A stretch of 64,000 bases of DNA, from positions 124,001 through 188,000 of the forward strand of contig JBEUKZ010000115.1 of NCBI GenBank assembly GCA_048128005.1, in the 5' to 3' direction. This DNA comes from Veleropilina oligotropha (taxonomy: Eukaryota). Made by a program: the position numbers and the translations under genes. Under the pieces are notes generated by a model that ran no database searches, was not told the origin of the DNA, and saw nothing but the letters and a program-made list of their open reading frames with translations. Numbering within the stretch: the first letter of the stretch is position 1; each line of letters begins with the position of its first letter. Shown piece after piece: positions 61,008 through 64,000 of this stretch.

Positions 61008-61074
61008 TATATATACATATGTATATACATATGTATATACATATGTATATACATATATATATGCATATATATAT

Positions 61075-63723
61075 GGCTGATTCTCACGAAAATGCAGCAA
61101 TTTTTTTTAAGAGGTCATTTTAAATATGTTTGCTGATCGTTTCAATACTTTGTCCATATATTGTACATACAATGTACTTCTGTAAAAAAAATTGCTACAA
61201 GTTTAGTGAAAAGTCCTTCCTACAAGAGGTCATCCAGTTTGGGACATGTTTTGCAATGTAAAGTACAAATCCACCATGACCCCAGCTGGAATTCATGATT
61301 AAAAGTATTCTTTCATAATATACATGTAATTGGAACACTTTAAACTGATCAGGAATATATTACAACATCAATATCACTTTGACAAGTAAACTTTGGATGC
61401 ATTTCTACTTCTGATGCAGGTTAAAGCATACATAAGGTGAATTTCAAAAAGTACTTTTACCAAATATGAAGTCGTGACGAAAGTTATCACATTTAGAGAG
61501 TGCTCCTTATGCGGAATGTTAACCTATCATCCAAATCTACAACATGTATGCTGTATTTCTGCACACCATGCATGTCTTATTTATGGATTTATATTATTCA
61601 TAAGGAGTCAGCATAATGGATTCGTACTTGACAAAATTCAACACACAAAACAAAATTAATGGAAATGCACTCTTTACCACAAAAAAACCTGTTCATTTGA
61701 ATTAAAACTGATAGCACATACATTGTTGACAAGACTTAGTAATGCGAAAAAGACGAATTGTAATCACAAAGCTGATAATATTTCAAAACTAAACTCATGT
61801 TAAATGACAACATAAGCAGATAGACAACTGTAGGATAATCAATACGGTTCTTTGCCACAATTAATTATTATGAAACATGTTTTCAACACACATAAGCTAC
61901 ATCATAACATCTAATAGATTATTCACAAATTGGAAGAATATTACTGCACAATAGTCCTACATTTGATTGAATTTGTACTTCATAATATTAATTTGTACTC
62001 CATAATATTAATTTGTACTACATAATATTAATTTGTACTACATAATATTAATTTGTACTTCATAATATTAATGTGTACTTCATAATATTACTTTGTATTT
62101 TATGCTTAACATGGATTACATGAAGTGTATGTTTGTCTGAAGACATCTTTTGGTAAATGAATCCATTTCAAAACAGAAAACATTATTATAATATAATTTA
62201 TGTTTCCATATCATGTTATATCATATTTGAATTATTTAATTTAATTTATAAATATATTTACAGAATAAATGGTTTCACACATATATCATTTGGAAATGCA
62301 ATGTCCATCTTAGTACTATAATAGTTACAATTCCTGAGTACAATAAACAAAATAAATGTATGTTACAATGCGATAATTGAAAATGAATACCCCTGAATAC
62401 ATATTTCTGAGTTATGCTTGCATAAACTATGATTCACCCCCTCTGGATTTGTACTTTATTGTATGCATAAAGCACAAATCCGACGATAAAGTACAAATCC
62501 ACCTAAAAGATGATGTTGTTTCATATTTATTTTATTAGCCAATACCCACATGGTATCCCATATGATATCTGTTGCTGTTTTATGTGCTTACAACATGAAA
62601 TATGGCTTGCGATTTTTGGCCAGCACCCTTAAAAAGTCACAATATTGAAAATTTCCATTTGTCTTTCAATTTTTTTCCATAAAATGGTATCAAAATACGA
62701 CATATTTATTTCATAATGTAACTGGTATCTAAATGTCTATTTTACAACATTATACAGTGCTCGGAATAATAATAATATTTAGTTTATGAACGATTTTGGT
62801 AAATTTGTCATAAAGTACGAATCCCGTCAATTACGAATTCACTGAACGTTCCTGACCATGTTACTGATCATTCACCACATGACTCACATAAACATCCATT
62901 GTAATTTATCAGAGGCGAGGAATTTAAGAAATACATGCATGGCTCTTGGTGCAAACGTCAAAATTTCCATATCTGTGCCATCTATATGTTATTTTGTATA
63001 TAATATAGCCCAAATGTTCACCCATATGTACATATTTAATATTATTTATAACTTGACAGATATCAAAATTAGCGTCTTTATTGTCGTGGGTTCCTTCACA
63101 ATGTGATTGCCGCCTGTCCGCTTTGTGGTTGCAGTGGCGGTTTGGCCTTGCTTTAACGAATGTGGATTCGTAACTTTACTCGCTATGTTATCGTTATCGT
63201 TATCAAACTCATTGTAAAGACAATTGGATTTACACAACTTAGTCTCTTCGTCTATAAATTCCTTTCTTTAATATCCGAACGGGTAATAACCAAAAAATCA
63301 TGAAATCAACATGTTTATTTATTATTTGCGTCTGCATAGTGGATTTGTACTTTACTCAACGTTTTATCCATTTTAACACTTAGATTGCTATTACACAGAT
63401 ATTTTACACTGGAATCCACAAAGTAATGCCAACTTGTAGGATACCTGACATGCTTCCAAAATAGATAGAACAGCGTATTTATTTGAATTTAATCCCTGTG
63501 TTATTGATGCATTTATGTGGATTTGCACTTTATGTAGATAAATATCAAGGCCCATGTCATGTAAAATGTCCGGACAAATTAATCAAAAGTATACATTTTT
63601 CGTAATTCTAAACATGCTAGAATAAAATAAAATGCACTGAGACACCGTACTTACATAATTATAAAATATATTGGCTGAAATACCCCAAATCTCAAAATTG
63701 CTGCATTTTCGTGAGAATCAGCC
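61075..63723. mobile_element. 2.65-kb non-autonomous TIR element (GG..CC ends, AT flanks)
   Basis: TIR GGCTGATTCTCACGAAAATGCAGCAATTTT / AAAATTGCTGCATTTTCGTGAGAATCAGCC; dispersed GGATTTGTACTT motifs; no long ORF. Confidence 0.8.
61969..62100. repeat. 20-bp minisatellite (~6 copies)
   Basis: Unit ATTTGTACT(T/C/A)CATAATATTA. Confidence 0.9.
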
Positions 63724-63726
63724 ATA

Positions 63727-64000
63727 TAATAATAATATAATAATAATGAGAGATTTATATAGCGCAAGATCAGGAAAGGATTCTAGCACTTTGCGCTTTA
63801 CAATGATTGAATCAGAACACTTAAACAGACAATGATAAACAATATACATTTACAAGACATACATATTTTATAGCCGACTTAACACAATTAAGGAAAAAGT
63901 TGATAGATGCGAGATTTTCAGTTTATGGGAAATGTTTCCGGAACAAGTGTGTTTTGAGAGATCTTTTGAAAGTTGCTTTGTCTTCGATGTAACGAATAAC
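63727..64000 (-). mobile_element. L2-type LINE 3' end
   Basis: Minus strand reads ..KATFKRSLKTHLFRKHFP*, then GCGCTATATAAAT and an (ATT)n tail. Confidence 0.75.

Overview
AT-rich, intron-rich eukaryotic DNA, probably from an invertebrate animal (inferred from the gene structure and transposon families). There are two host genes, arranged tail-to-tail. (1) The terminal coding exon of a YEATS4/GAS41-like gene lies on + (4532-4770), with a decayed DIRS1-type retrotransposon upstream, probably in its last intron. (2) A hand-assembled, phase-consistent 13-exon gene lies on - (38475->7907; 550 codons plus stop; 5' exon(s) not found). It encodes a single-pass receptor-like kinase: a Cys-rich mannose-6-phosphate-receptor-homology (MRH/ATG27-like) ectodomain, one TM helix and a complete TKL/TK-like kinase domain. 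Three of its splice junctions are locally duplicated: a ~2.4 kb minisatellite built from an exon end plus its 5' splice site, a triplicated 3' splice site, and a direct repeat at an intron start/exon start. The rest is a dense, nested set of mobile DNA: Crypton-like DUF3504 recombinase element, two-gene Harbinger, hAT-like elements with 5- and 6-bp TSDs, EnSpm-like MITE, Helitron and Helentron-like non-autonomous elements, a Penelope-like inverted repeat, L2/CR1-type LINEs, a solo LTR, Tc1, tRNA-derived SINEs and many minisatellites. All family calls come from motif recognition by eye; no database searches were run.
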